The translations under genes and the position numbers were made by a program. DNA of 64,000 nucleotides from Squalus acanthias (Eukaryota), in NCBI GenBank assembly GCA_030390025.1, contig CM059433.1:7132001-7196000 (forward strand), in the 5' to 3' direction. Positions 1 to 12,149 of the stretch are shown piece after piece (position 1 is the first letter of the stretch; each line of letters begins with the position of its first letter). A model generated the notes under the pieces. That model was not told where the DNA came from and made no database searches. It saw only the letters and a list, made by a program, of their open reading frames with translations.

Positions 1-3000
1 TAATCTCAGGATTGCTACCTATGCCACGTACTAGTCAGAGTAGAAATAAAAGGATATTTCAGATGAATACGTGGCTAGAAGAATGGTGCAAGGGGGAGGG
101 ATTCAAATTCCTGGGACATTGGAACCGGTTCTGGTGGAGGTGGGACCAGTACAAACTGGACGGTTTGCACCTGGGTCGGACCGGGACCGATGTCCTAGGG
201 GGAGCGTTTGCTAGTGCTGTTGGGGAGGGTTCAAACTAAAATGGCAGGGGGTTGGGAACCTGTGCAGGGAGACAGAGGAAAGGGAAGCAAGGATAGAAGC
301 AAAAGACAGGAAGGAGAAAAGCAGAAGTGGAAGTCAGAGAAATCAAGGGTGTAAATCAAACATGGCCACAGTAAACAATAATTCTAAAAGGTCTAAGAGT
401 GTTAAAAAACAAGCCTGGAGGCTTTGTGTCTTAATCCGAGGAGCATTCGTAATAAGGTGGATGAAGTAGCTGCGTAAATTGCTGTAAACGGATATGATAT
501 AATTGGGATTACGGAGACATGGCTCCAGGGTGACCAAGGCTGGGAACTCAACATCCAGGGGTATTCAATATTCAGGAAGGACAGACAAAAAGGAAAAGGA
601 GGTGGGGTAGCATTGCTGGTTAAAGAGGAGATTAACACAATAGTAAGGAAGGATATTAGCTCTGATGATGTGGAATCTGTATGGGTAGAGCTGAGAAATA
701 CCAAGGGGCAGAAAACGTTAGTGGGAGTTGTATACAGACCCCCAAACAGTAATGCTGAAGTTGGGGATGGCATTAAACGGGAAATTAGAGATGCATGCAA
801 TAAAGGCACAGCAGTTATCATGGGTGACTTTAATCTACATGTAGATTAGGCTAACCAAATTAGTAACAATACTGTGGAAGAGGAATTCCTAGAGTGATAC
901 GGGATGGTTTCCTGGACCAATATGTCGAGGAACCAACTAGAGATCAGGCCATCTTAGACTGGGTATTATGTAATGAGAAAGGATTAATTAGTAATCTTGT
1001 TGTGCGAGGTCCCTTGGGGAGGAGCGATCATAATATGATCGAATTCTTCATTAAGATGGAGAGTGAAGTAGTAGTTGACTCAGAGACTAGGGTACTGAAT
1101 TTAAATAAAGGAAACTACGATGGTATGAGGCGCGAGTTGGCTAGGATGGATTGGGGAATGTTACTTAAAGGGTTTACGGTGGATAGGCAATGGCAAACAT
1201 TTAAAGATCGCATGGATGAACTACAGAATTTGTTCATCCCTGTTTGGCATAAAAATAAAACAAAAAAGGTGACTCAACCGTGGCTAACAAGGGAAATTAG
1301 GGATAGCATAAGATCCAAGGAGAGGACATATAAATTGGCCAGAAAAAGCAGCAAACCTGAGGATTGGGAGCAGTTTAGGATTCAGCAAAGGAGGACAAAG
1401 GGATTAATTAAGAGGGGGAAAATAGAGTATGAGAGTAAGCTTGCAGGGAACATAAAAACTGACTGTAAAAGCTTCTATAGATATGTGAAGAGAAAAAGCT
1501 TGGTGAAGTCAAGCGTAGGTCCCTTGCAGTCAGAATCAGGGGAATTTATAATGGGGAACAAAGAAATGGCAGACCAATTAAATACATACAGTAAACTCTT
1601 TTGTATCCGGCACCGACGGGACCGGGATGGTGCCGGTTGATTAAAAATTCCGGATAACAGAGGGGTAGGCAATTTTTAAAACAAAAAAAATCAGTGACTA
1701 ACTTGGCCACCGCGGGAAACTCGGACTCGGAAAAAAGAAAAATGGATGGATTTGGCAAGATTACCGGCTACCTATTTTGCCGGTTATTAAAGAATTCCGG
1801 TTGATTAGGTGCCGTTTAAACGAGAGTTTACTGTACTTTGGTTCTGTCTTCACAAAGGAGGACACAAATAAGCTCCCAGAGATGTCGGGGAACATAGGGT
1901 CTAATGAGGGAGGACCTGAATGAAATCAGTATTTGTAGGGAAATGGTGTTCGGGAAATTGACGGGATTGAAGGCCGATAAATCCCCAGGGCCTGATAATC
2001 TATATCCTAGGGTACTTAAGGAAGTGGACCTAGAAATAGTAGATGCATTGCTGGTCATCTTCCAAAATTCTATAGACTCTGGAACAGTTCCCATGGATTG
2101 GAGGGTAGCTAATGTAACCCCACTATTTAAAAAAGGTGGCAGAGAGAAAACGGGGAATTATAGACCGGTAAGCATGACATCGGTAGTGGGGAAAATGCTA
2201 GAGTCCATTATAAAAGATGTAATAGCAGAGCACTTGGAAAACAGTGACAAGATTGGACAAAGTCAACATGGATTTACAAAAGGTAAATCATGCTTGACTA
2301 ATCTACTGGAATTTTTGAGGATGTAACTGGTAGAATAGATAAGGGAGAACCAGTGGATGTGGTGTATTTGGACTTTCAGAAGGCTTTCGATAAGGTCCCG
2401 CATAAGAGATTAGCGTGCAAAGTTAAAGCACATGGGATTGGGGGTAAGGTACTGACTTGGATAGAAAACTGGTTGGCAGACAGGAAGCAAAGAGTTGGAA
2501 TAAACGGGTCTTTTTCCGAGTGGCAGGCAGTGACTAGTGGGGTACCACAGGGATCGGTGCTAGGACCCCAGTGATTCACAATATATATTAATGATCTAGA
2601 CGAGGGAACTAGATGTAATATCTCCAAGTTTGCAGACGACACAAAGCTGGGTGGGCGTGTGTGCTGTGAGGAGGATGCAGAGAAACTCCAGTATGATTTG
2701 GACAGGTTGGGTGATTGGGCAGATGCAGTATAATGTGGTTAAATGCGAAGTTATCCACTTTGGTGGCAAAAACAGGAAGGCAGATTATTATCTGAACAAC
2801 AATAGATTGGGAAAAGGGGAAGTGCAACGAGACCTGGGTGTCCTTGTGCACCAGTCGCTGAAGGTAAGCATGCAGGTGCAGCAGGCGGTTAAGAAGGCAA
2901 ATGGTATGTTGGCCTTCATAGCGAGACGATTCGAGTACAGGAGCAAGGATGTCTTGCTGCAGTTGTACAGGGCCTTGGTGAGACCACACCTTGAGTATTG

Positions 3001-3545
3001 TGTGCAGTTTTGGTCGCCTTATCTGAGGAAGGATGTTCTTGTCATGGAGGGAGTGCAGTGAAGATTCACCAGACTGATAACTGGGATGGCAGGAATGACG
3101 TATGAAGAGAGATTGCGTCGATTAGGCTTATATTCACTAGAGTTTAGAAGAATGAGAGGGGATCTCATTGAAACTTATAAAATTCTAACAGGACTAGACA
3201 GACTAGATGCAGGAAGGCTGTTCCTGATGGCGGGGGAGTCCAGAACCAGCGGTCACAGTCTAAGGATAAGGGGTAAGTCATTTAGGACTGAGATGAGGAG
3301 GAATTTCTTCACCCAGAGAGTGGTGAACCTGTGGAATTCTCTACCACAGAAGGCAGTAGAGGCCAATTCATTAAATAGATTCAAGAAGGAGTTAGATATA
3401 TTTCTTAAGGCTAAAGGGATCAAGGGATATGGGGAGAAAGCAGGGACAGGGTACTGAATTTGGATGATCAGCCATGAACGCATTGAATGGCAGAGCAGGC
3501 TCGAGGGGCTGAATGGCCTACTCCTGCTCCTATTTTCTATGTTTC
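1..3545 (+). mobile_element. CR1-type LINE, 5' part outside window; ORF1 esterase C-terminus plus disrupted ORF2 (APE endonuclease-RT) and 3' tail
   Basis: ORF 12-239 has the SGNH motif DGLHL. APE motifs GVVYRPP, IMGDFN and SDHN. RT motifs NYRPVS, LDFQKAFDKV, GVPQGSVLGP and FADD. Ends in CCTACTCCTGCTCCTATTTTCTATGTTTC. Contains several stops and frameshifts. Confidence 0.95.
1589..1833. mobile_element. 245-bp Tc1/mariner (Tigger-like) MITE inserted in CR1 ORF2
   Basis: Imperfect 26-bp TIRs (CAGTAAACTCTTTTGTATCCGGCACC / rc CAGTAAACTCTCGTTTAAACGGCACC). TA at 1587-1588 and 1834-1835. Removing it restores LNTYFGSVFTKED. Confidence 0.9.
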
Positions 3546-4039
3546 ATGAAGCACTGCATTAGGAAAACCAAGAGAGCAAGTTCACATCTCAGCTTGGTGA
3601 TGGTAAGTGACCCTAGATAGCATACAGAAAACAGAAGTTAATAATGATAATAATACAGAAGGTAATAATGATCACAGAATCAGAAAATTCAACATGATCT
3701 GGGATTTAACACTACCAAGGACCAATACCCAGATGTATAATTTTAAAAAGCCAAATCAAGGGCATGAGGGAAAATCCTTGGTTGAGGACGAATTAAATAT
3801 CTTTGAAGGCATACTGAGCATGCAAGATAAATACATACCTCGGACTAACAAATACAGACTAAACAAGCATGAACCTAAATTAATCAATTAAACAATCCAA
3901 AGTGGAATTAAAATGAAAAATGAACTCTATAAGGTTTAGAGAGAGAAAGGTCGAGGAACCACTGGGATGAATATAACCTTCAGAAACACATTAGCAGAGG
4001 GATCTTGGTATGCAGACACACTGGTCATTAAAGGTGGTT

Positions 4040-4670
4040 CTACAAGCCAATATGGCAAATTAAATCCTTCATTTTGTATCCAAAGGAATAGGATACAAAA
4101 GGAAGGAAGAAATATTGAACTTCTACAGGACCTTAGTTATATGGCACAGTTGATGTATTGTGTATAGTTTTGGACATACCAATTTAGGAAGGATATAAAC
4201 GTAATATTAAAGGGGAAGCATAGATTTAGTAGGATGTTACCAGTGATGAGAAGTTATAGTTATGAAGAGGGTTTTGAGAAGTTAGGGCTTTTTCCATTAA
4301 CGCGGAGAAGGTTAAGCAATGACCTGATAGAGGTCTTCAAGGTTATGAAAGGTTAGAATATGGTGAATATTGATAAATTTTTCCACTGGTTGTGAGACGG
4401 TAATGAGAGGGCACAAATTAAAAATGATCACAAAAAAGAATTAAAGGGAGCTTACAAGAATTTGTGGATTTCGCTGCCTCAGACCAGAGTCCATAACTTC
4501 TTTTAAAAGGGAATTAGGTAATTGCTTGAAGAAAAGAAATTTTAAAGGGTATGGGGAGTGAATAGGATAGTGGGATTCGACTAGCTGGCTCACATATTAA
4601 AAGAAAACCCTGGTACAGGCTTGATGGGCCAAATGGCCTGCTTCTGTGCTGCAACATTCTTTGATTCTAG
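4040..4670 (+). mobile_element. old degraded CR1 3' fragment
   Basis: Degenerate similarity to 2890-3540 (TGTGTATAGTTTTGG, GACCTGATAGAGGTC, GGGCCAAATGGCCTG). Approximate boundaries. Confidence 0.7.
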
Positions 4671-5071
4671 AATGGTGTTCAGGGAGTAAACATGAAATGA
4701 GTATAGCTGAATGTGCTAAACTTAACAGCAAGAAATTCTTCCAGTACTATAACAACAAAGAACAGGTGAGAACCCTAAAAATGTTAACAGTGTCGAAAAT
4801 GAGAATGAACATAAAATAGTTAATAAACTCAATGATTACTTCTTTCATGTATTCACGAGCAAAAACGCTAGTGACATGTCCTCCAGATGGATAACCCAGA
4901 TAGGCTTCACAACTTTGACGTAACGAGATGGATGTTCTGGACCAGCTCAAAGGGCTAAAAACAAACAAATCCCCAGGAATTAATGATACTTATTCCAGGG
5001 TACTAATAAATGAGATTTGTGAAGAGCATTTGTCATCATGAGGAAGCTGATCAATGCTGGGTCGGTCCTAA

Positions 5072-6130
5072 TACTACTACTTGCATTTATATAGCCCCTT
5101 TAACATAGAAAAATATCCCAAGGCACTTCACAGAGGTGTAATCAGACAAACATGAACGCTGAGCCAAAGGAGATATTAGGAGGAGTGACCAAAAGCCTGG
5201 TCAAAGAGGTGGCGTTTAAGGAGGGTCTTAAAGAAGGAGAGGGAGGTGGAGTGACAGAGAGGCCCACCAACGAAATTCATAGGGACTGGTTGGCTGAAGG
5301 TACATCTGCCAAAGGAGGGGAAAAGAAAATGGGGGGAACATAGAAGGCCCATTCAAAATACCGCACATGCGCGGTTTTTCCTAATTAAAAGCCGGTGAGC
5401 CGGCTGCGTGGGAGCTGCAGAGCGCTGCTCGGCCACGCAGCCGTGCAGCTTAAAGGGAACATTGGTCGTCCGTGTACATGTGAAAACTGATCCAACGTAT
5501 GCCAATGATGTCGCCAACAGACAGAATGTATATGAAGATAAGCAGGGGGCCAACGACAGATCTGTGGGGAACTCCCAAGGTAATGGCGCGGGGGCGGGAA
5601 GAGAAGCCGTTGCTGGTTACAATTGGATAGGTAAGAGTGGAATTGAGCAAGAACAATCCCACTGAGCTGGACAACAAAGGAAATGCGTTGGAGGAGGCTG
5701 CAGAAAAATTGAGGAGGATGAGGACAGTGTCGCAGACGATGTCATTTGTGACTTTGGTTCGGTCGCTTCGGTATTGTGGCAGGGATGTAAACCTGATTGG
5801 AGAGAGTGAAGCACAGAGCTGAGGGATAATTGGACACGGATTTGGGAGACGGCAACACATTCAAGAGCTTTGGAGAGGAAAGGGAGGTTGGAGATGGGCC
5901 AGTAGTTTGCAAGGACAGAGAGGTCGAGGGTGCAATTCTTGGAGGGGGTGATGATAATGGTTTCGGAAGGGAGGGGGACAATACCTGAAGAAAGGGAACC
6001 ATTTACAATGTCAGCTGGCATGAGAGTCAAGAAGGAAAGTTGAGTGGGCAGCAGTTTAGTGGGAATGGGGTCAAGGGGAGCATGGGTTGGGTTTTATGGA
6101 CAAGGTGAGCTCAGACAGGGCACAAAGGCA
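5072..6130 (-). mobile_element. L2-type LINE fragments with 3' tail
   Basis: Reverse match to the L2 tail seen at 46860-47026. Minus ORF 5617-6030 contains NYWPISNLPFLSKALE and QSGL. Confidence 0.8.
5346..5464. mobile_element. truncated copy of a short hAT-type MITE
   Basis: Similar to 58213-58342. Ends in the TIR AGGGAACATTG; the other TIR is absent. Confidence 0.65.
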
Positions 6131-6399
6131 GATGCGAGAGAAACTAGAGAAAGATTCTAACTTACATCAACGACTTGGATTCAGAAATTCGTGCAAATTG
6201 GTCAAATGTACAGGTGATACTAAAGAGGGGGAGGAGGAAAGAGTTGATTGCGGTAGCGAAGACCCTACAAAATAACATGGATGAAATATGCAAGTAGGTG
6301 GAGCAGTAAATTGTCACAATATAACTCACCTCCACTCCTACCTCATGCATTATTCAGCATGTTGCAGCCCATCTCCTGGACTGCAAAAGCCATATATTT

Positions 6400-6795
6400 C
6401 CATGAAGCCTGTCCTTTAAACCCCAGCAAATTGATTTCCAAGATCCTCGTACTCATATTCAAATCCCTCCATGGCTTCTCTTACCCTACCTCACTGATCC
6501 TCTCCAGCCAGTCCTCTCACTCACCCTTCATTCCTCTGGCATTGCTTAATTCCTTATTCCCCAAACTCTCTGCTCCACCATTGATGGCCCCACTTTCAGT
6601 TATCATGCCTCTGTCATCTATGAATTCCCTCCTCTTTGCCACCTCCTACCTACACTGTTTTCAAAAACCCTTCTCTTTGAATGGGCCCTCAACATTTCCA
6701 CTTTCCCTTCTTCTCAGCATCCACTGTCTTTCCTCGGTGCTGTAAACCACTTTGAGATGTCCCTCTGTGAGGGGTGTTACAGATATGTATGTTGT
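6400..6795 (+). mobile_element. degraded L2 3' fragment
   Basis: KILVLIFKSLHG matches the L2 at 45738-47026. Confidence 0.7.
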
Positions 6796-6862
6796 TTGTG
6801 TCTGAAGTTTTCCCCCTGTGATATTACTCTTTTTCCACTCTTGTATATCTTTTCACACAACT

Positions 6863-7205
6863 TCCAGGCTGACACTTCTGTACAGTACTGACAACATGCT
6901 GCATTATCAGAGGTGCTTTGGATGAGATACCGATTGCTCTAGTGGTTCAGTAGATATTAGATGTACCATGGCCCGACTTGAATAAGCGCAAGGAAATTTC
7001 CCAATGGGCAAGGAAATTTCCCAATGGCCTAGCTGACACTTCCTTCTTCAGCAACACCATCAAAAGTCATTCATTGTGGGAGCTTCCTGTACACAAAAGA
7101 ACAGCAATGTTTGCTGACATAACGGCAGTCGCTATAGTCATTGTATGTCAAGTGCTTTGAAATATTTCTGAAACTTAATAAGGAACTATATAAATGCATT
7201 TTAAT
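6863..7205 (+). mobile_element. degraded DeuSINE/SacSINE-like SINE body
   Basis: AGGCTGACAC...CAGTACTGA...GGATGAGA core is shared with the copies at 34292 and 59595. Confidence 0.7.
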
Positions 7206-7494
7206 TTCTTCCAAAATATTTTCTTTCCTCAATTGATTCAACATTACCAATGTTCACATGTTCATAGCGTACACAATATTTAGCAACATCAGTTGAAAGC
7301 TTAAATGTTTTGCTGTTTAATGCGGTCTTTCTCAAATGTTGGGACTGCGTCAATTTCGTTTCATGAACTGCATCCTTGGTGTTTAACGTTAAAATGAACT
7401 CAGGTATAATATGTCGCTTTTTATTTTTTGGTGAGGTTATGTAGTGGGTTAATTATTTATTCTGGTTATTCAGTCTTGTTCACCTAAGAAAATT

Positions 7495-8175
7495 TGAGAG
7501 GCCACCAATATAAGATAGTCACCAAGAAATCCAATAGGAAATTCAACAACAACTTGTATTTATAACAACTTGTATTTATGTAGCACCTTTAATGTAGTAA
7601 AATGTCCCAAGGCACTTCACAGGAATATTATAAGGCAAAAGAATTTGACACCAAGCCAAATAAGGAGAAATTAGGGCAAGTGACCAAAAGCTTGGTCAAA
7701 AGAGGTAGGTTTTAAGGAGCGTCTTAAAAAAGGAGGAAAGAAAGAGAGGCAGCTAGGTTTAGGCAGGGAATTCCAGAGCTTAGAGCCTAAGCAGCAGAAG
7801 GCTCGGCCACCAATGGTTGAGCGATTATAATCAGGGATGCTCAAGAGGGCAGAATTAGATGAGTGCAGATATCTTTGGGTGGGGGTGGGGGTGGGGGGGG
7901 GGGGGGGCGTTGAAGGAGATTACAGAAATAGGGAGGATTCAGGAGAAACTTCTTTACCCAAAGAGTGGGGAGAAATGTGGAACTCGCTGCCACAGGGAGT
8001 GTGGTTGAGGCGAATAGTATGGATGCATTTGAGGGGAGGCTGGACAAGAGCATATGAGGGAGAAGGAGAATCGAGGGTTATGCTGACAGAGTTAGATGAG
8101 GAAAGACGGAAGGAGGCCTGGACTGGTTGGGGTCGGATGGCCTGTTTCTGTGCCGTACATCCGATGTAATCTAAA
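7495..8175 (+). mobile_element. CR1 3' fragment interrupted by a minus-strand L2 3' end (about 7545-7938)
   Basis: CR1 sequence AAATCCAATAGGAAATTCA resumes as GATTCAGGAGAAACTTCTTTACC after an L2 tail beginning ACAACAACTTGTATTT. Confidence 0.75.
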
Positions 8176-8259
8176 CCCTTACGTTTCAAAGCAGGTTTTC
8201 CTCGTTGCTTCAGCGGGTTGCCATTCGAACGCACTGCCTCAGCAAAATTTTAAAATAAA

Positions 8260-8790
8260 AAGCCGCCGGCCGAACTGACTGACTAACATAGGCCGCGGGT
8301 CCCGCGCCACGCCCTGTCCCGGCCGGGGCTCTTGGCGATCGCCATGGCAACAGTAACGTCATCTCACCCTGGATCTCATTGGGGGAAACCCCGTGGCCCA
8401 GCCACAGACTGCCGGTCAACCGAAACCTGGCGGGGAACCGCCTCCCAAAAGGCTGATTGGCTGCCTTCTGACGTTTGGCCGCCGCTCGTCCCTGTTTTAC
8501 TGGTGGAGCGAGCTGTCTGTCAATATAGAGGGCGGGCGGCGGTGTCCCCAACCCAAACCCCGTTGCCCACAGCTGATTGGCTGCCTTCTGACGTTTGGCC
8601 GCCGCTCGCCCCTGTTTTATTGGTGGAGCGAGCTGTCTGTCAGTATAATGGGCGGGATGGGGCACCCAACCCCCGTTGCTCATCGCTGATTGGTTGCCTT
8701 CTGACGTTTGGCCGCCGCTCGCCCCGGTTTTATTGGCGGAGTGAGCTGTCTGTCAATATAAAGGGGGAAGGCGGGAGACAATCCGCCCGT
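8260..8790 (+). promoter_or_regulatory. YWHAQ: CpG-rich promoter of the 14-3-3 gene
   Basis: CpG dense. RFX X-box-like ATCGCCATGGCAAC at 8338-8351, CRE-like TAACGTCA at 8354-8361, multiple reverse CCAAT boxes, GC boxes GGGCGG, and TATAAAG at 8757-8763. Confidence 0.8.
8452..8763 (+). repeat. three direct copies of a ~76-bp promoter module
   Basis: GCTGATTGG(C/T)TGCCTTCTGACGTTTGGCCGCCGCTCG...GAGCTGTCTGTCA(A/G)TATA starts at 8452, 8572 and 8685. Confidence 0.95.
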
Positions 8791-8865
8791 CAAGGTGTGG
8801 GCTTGGCTTTTTTTCTTCCTTCGGCCGAAGCTGATCCATTTGAGGAGCTGCTCAGTGCACGAAAG
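8790..8865 (+). other. YWHAQ: putative non-coding exon 1 of YWHAQ
   Basis: Starts about 30 nt downstream of TATA. Candidate donor AAG|GTTGGT at 8866; candidate acceptors before 9297 (T-tract GAAG) or 9195. The TSS is inferred. Confidence 0.45.
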
Positions 8866-9490
8866 GTTGGTCTTCGATATCTGCCGCGCGGTTTATCGCT
8901 GTGTGTGTGTGGGGGGGCCAATAATAAAAAGGCTGAACAACGTTTTAAATTAAAAATAAATCATTTAATTTGTGTCAGGGGGGGTGTTCCTTTGTTTTTT
9001 TTTAAAAATCCTTCGGCTTAAATTTTTTTTAAATCCGCCATTTTCCTGTGGTCTTAATTTTGTACTTTTTTTTGCACATATTGAATCCGCCAAAACTCTC
9101 CAAGACAGATTGTGGAGAAAAAACAAGCGGCCGTAGTAAAGTCAACGAAACCTTTCTCTCGCTTGCCCTCCTTTTTTCCTCTCTCTCCTGTTAGCGAGAG
9201 GGTTCGATCCGCTCAGCGGCTTTTACGGTTTAAAAAAAAAATTAAATTATATTTTTCTTTTCTTTTGTTAGTAGTCTGTACCTTTTTTTTTTGAAGCGAA
9301 AGGGTGGGAAAAAGTGAAGTGAAGAGCATCGCAGCCCAACCCCAGCCCCCTCTCCACCGTACCAGCACTGCACAGATATCCAGCGCTCCGGAGCCGCCAG
9401 CCAAGCCAAGCAAGCACCCAGGAGAAAGCCGCCGGAGCTCAGCCAAGAGGCGAGGGGGGGAAATTAAAAAATAATAAAAAAAAACCAACC

Positions 9491-9856
9491 ATGGAGAACA
9501 CCGAACAACAGGTCAAGTCCGAGCAGCCGGCCGAGCAGGTCAACAGCAGCAGCAGCAGCAACCCGGAGAATGCCGAGCGGGTCCAGCGAGCCAAGCTGGC
9601 CGAGCAGGCCGAGCGGTACGACGACATGGCCGCTGCCATGAAAGCGGTGACCGAGCAGGGCTCCGAGCTGTCGAACGAGGAGCGGAACCTGCTCTCGGTC
9701 GCCTACAAGAACGTGGTGGGGGCCCGCCGCTCGGCCTGGAGGGTCATCTCCAGCATCGAGCAGAAAAGCGAGACCGACGCCAAGAAATTGCAGTTGACCA
9801 AAAATTACCGGGAAAAAATAGAAACGGAGCTCCGTGACATCTGCAACGACGTCCTG
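9491..9856 (+). CDS. YWHAQ: 14-3-3 protein theta-like, coding exon 1 (122 codons)
   Basis: Kozak [21 protein letters not shown]...[32 protein letters not shown]; the RRSAW and KKLQL motifs are theta-type. Donor GTAAGG at 9857. Confidence 0.95.
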
Positions 9857-12149
9857 GTAAGGAAGGCGAACAAAGGGGTGTGGGTGGGGGGGGTGGGGGG
9901 TGGTGAGCGTTTGATCTGAAGTATTTAAAAATATATATTTTATACAATGAGATTCTCTCTCTAAATCAGCAAAATATTACTGACATTCAACGCAATGGAG
10001 GTGTTCAATTCCAGCATTTTTTTTTTATATAAAAGGGGGAACAAAAGGTTTACGCACAAACTGAAATCTGGCTAACCGTCCTCTTTCCGTCTGATATGGG
10101 GTATAGGTTTTCTAGGTCAGTATGCCACTAGCCTACATACACGTGTTAAGAGGTAAAAAGATTTTTGAAAGTCATTCAGACCAGCTTTTTCTATTGCAGC
10201 AGGTTGCGATAGACCTAGATTTGATTTTAAGCTACAGCCAGCTGATATCTTTAATATTGCTGCTGTTCATTGACTGACATTTTTTAAGTTAATTATGAAC
10301 TAAAATGTTTGTTTCTTGGTCGTAACAATGTTAGCTCGTCATTGGCAAAATACTATGCAGTTCCTTTTTATATTATACTCTTTAGGTTTGCATATCTGCC
10401 TACTGAACAAATAAGGAAATGGTAGCAAAAAATGGGTTTGCATTTCAAGTTTATAACATCTAACTGACTGTAACCTGTTTGTCAAATGCTTTTTTGGGAC
10501 ACAGTGAAGTCATTTTTTTCATAGTTTCTGCATTGTGTAAGTGCATTTGGTATCTACTCAACAGCAGTGTGATTGCCACTCTTCCTGAATAAATTGAGAA
10601 TTACACTTGAGCCCTTCTGAGTTGGAGAATGTTGTTTTAGATTGCAGATTACATTTTATGTCCTGTCAATAGTTTGTAATATGCCAAAGTTGACTTGTAA
10701 CTAGCATAACTGATACTGGTTTGTATGTTTCCTGAAATAAACAGATTTCCAGTTGTTGAAGATCCTGGGCCAAAAGTTATTTTAAACAATGCAGTTGATC
10801 TGCTAAGACAATAGTGCCCACCTTTAAAACTTGGCACCTTGGTGCAGTGGGGAAAATGGGTCTCCATTTGAGTTTCAAGTGTGGGTTTTTCTGCGCAATT
10901 GTTTTTCCCTGCAAAAGATACCACCCAACTGTGCCACATAATTGTAGCAGCTTGTTAAGGAATTTGGTTATCAATAACATTCCAAATCAGCTTGTTCATT
11001 GAATGCTCAGGATACGGCATGACCGTGACTGTAAAAGGCTTTTCACATTTTGCGGTAGTTTAGTTTAGGGTGTGTATGCTGGGTGGGGTAGATTGGTGTG
11101 AATCATATACTATCACTGATCTGATCTGTTTCTTCATATCTTGCTTTTGCAGCCAACAATTCTTTGACATTTGTAGTGATTATAAATGTTAACAAATCTG
11201 GCTGTGCTGTTCAATTGACTTGATCGCTTCTGTTTAACTATAGGTGGCACTAATTTTAGAAGTGGTTGCAGTTCTCTGCCCTCTGACCAGACAGAGTTGA
11301 AATTGTGTATCAAACTAGTAAAGTTCTTCAAAGCATACTGCAAAATGAATTAAAATTGAGACGCCCAACATGCATTGCTTGGTAGTAGATTCCTGGATTG
11401 GAATGTATAGGTGTGTAGTAAGCAATGATCAGTGGAGGCCTTGTTTGGTAGCGGCCCCAGGCTAAATTTCTCAAGGCTTCTGTTCTGACTTGCACTTTTC
11501 ATATTTTTAGACAGATGTTTTAAATAGTTTTTGCTTTACACTGTTGAAGACTCTAGTAAATGTGCAATCAATCAACATTACAGTTAGAACCTGAATAATT
11601 TAATGTTTACACATGAATTTTGAAGAAGGGCATGTATAGCTAATGTCCAAAAAATTCTGGGGTCTTTTACCTTGAAATGAGGGTCAGTGTCGAGGTATTC
11701 TACATGCAGTTGTTTCTGTTAATCAGCATTAACCCCTGTGGCAGTTCCTGTGATTAGCCAGTTTAAATGAACAGGCACCCACTAGGTGGTGAGGTGGAAA
11801 TTGTGGCTTTGCGACTTCCTGCTGTAAAGAAAGCGAGGCCTTTTCCAATTTGGGCCCTGCTCCTGTTGGTTTAATGTACTGTCGGTTTCCTTCAGTCATG
11901 TACAGTATTTTAGCAGTGCAGGAGATGGAACAGGTGGGTAATAGTGAACCCCTATTTTTATGCCTGAGGAAACCCTGGCACAGTACTAACTGGGTGGAGA
12001 CCCAGTGTAAAATGGGCTCTACCTCTGGGTGCGATCGCCTCCCAGATGAACTCTGCTAAATTTGAACTCCACTCAATAATTCAATACCAGGTACTTTTAG
12101 CAGTCCACTTCTCCATCTTCCCCTTCCCACACCCACCCACTTGAATGCA

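Noticed and set aside
8452..8763. CRISPR-like repeat-spacer appearance
   Set aside because: Eukaryotic context, 76-bp units made of promoter motifs, related spacers and no cas genes.
8332..9021. 229-aa ORF with repeated ADWLPSDVWPPL
   Set aside because: It is a translation of the GC-rich promoter triplication, starts at a non-ATG codon and has no recognisable domain.
9857..9919. ORF-track extension of the 14-3-3 exon (VRKANK...)
   Set aside because: It is read-through into the intron past a canonical donor at the conserved exon boundary.
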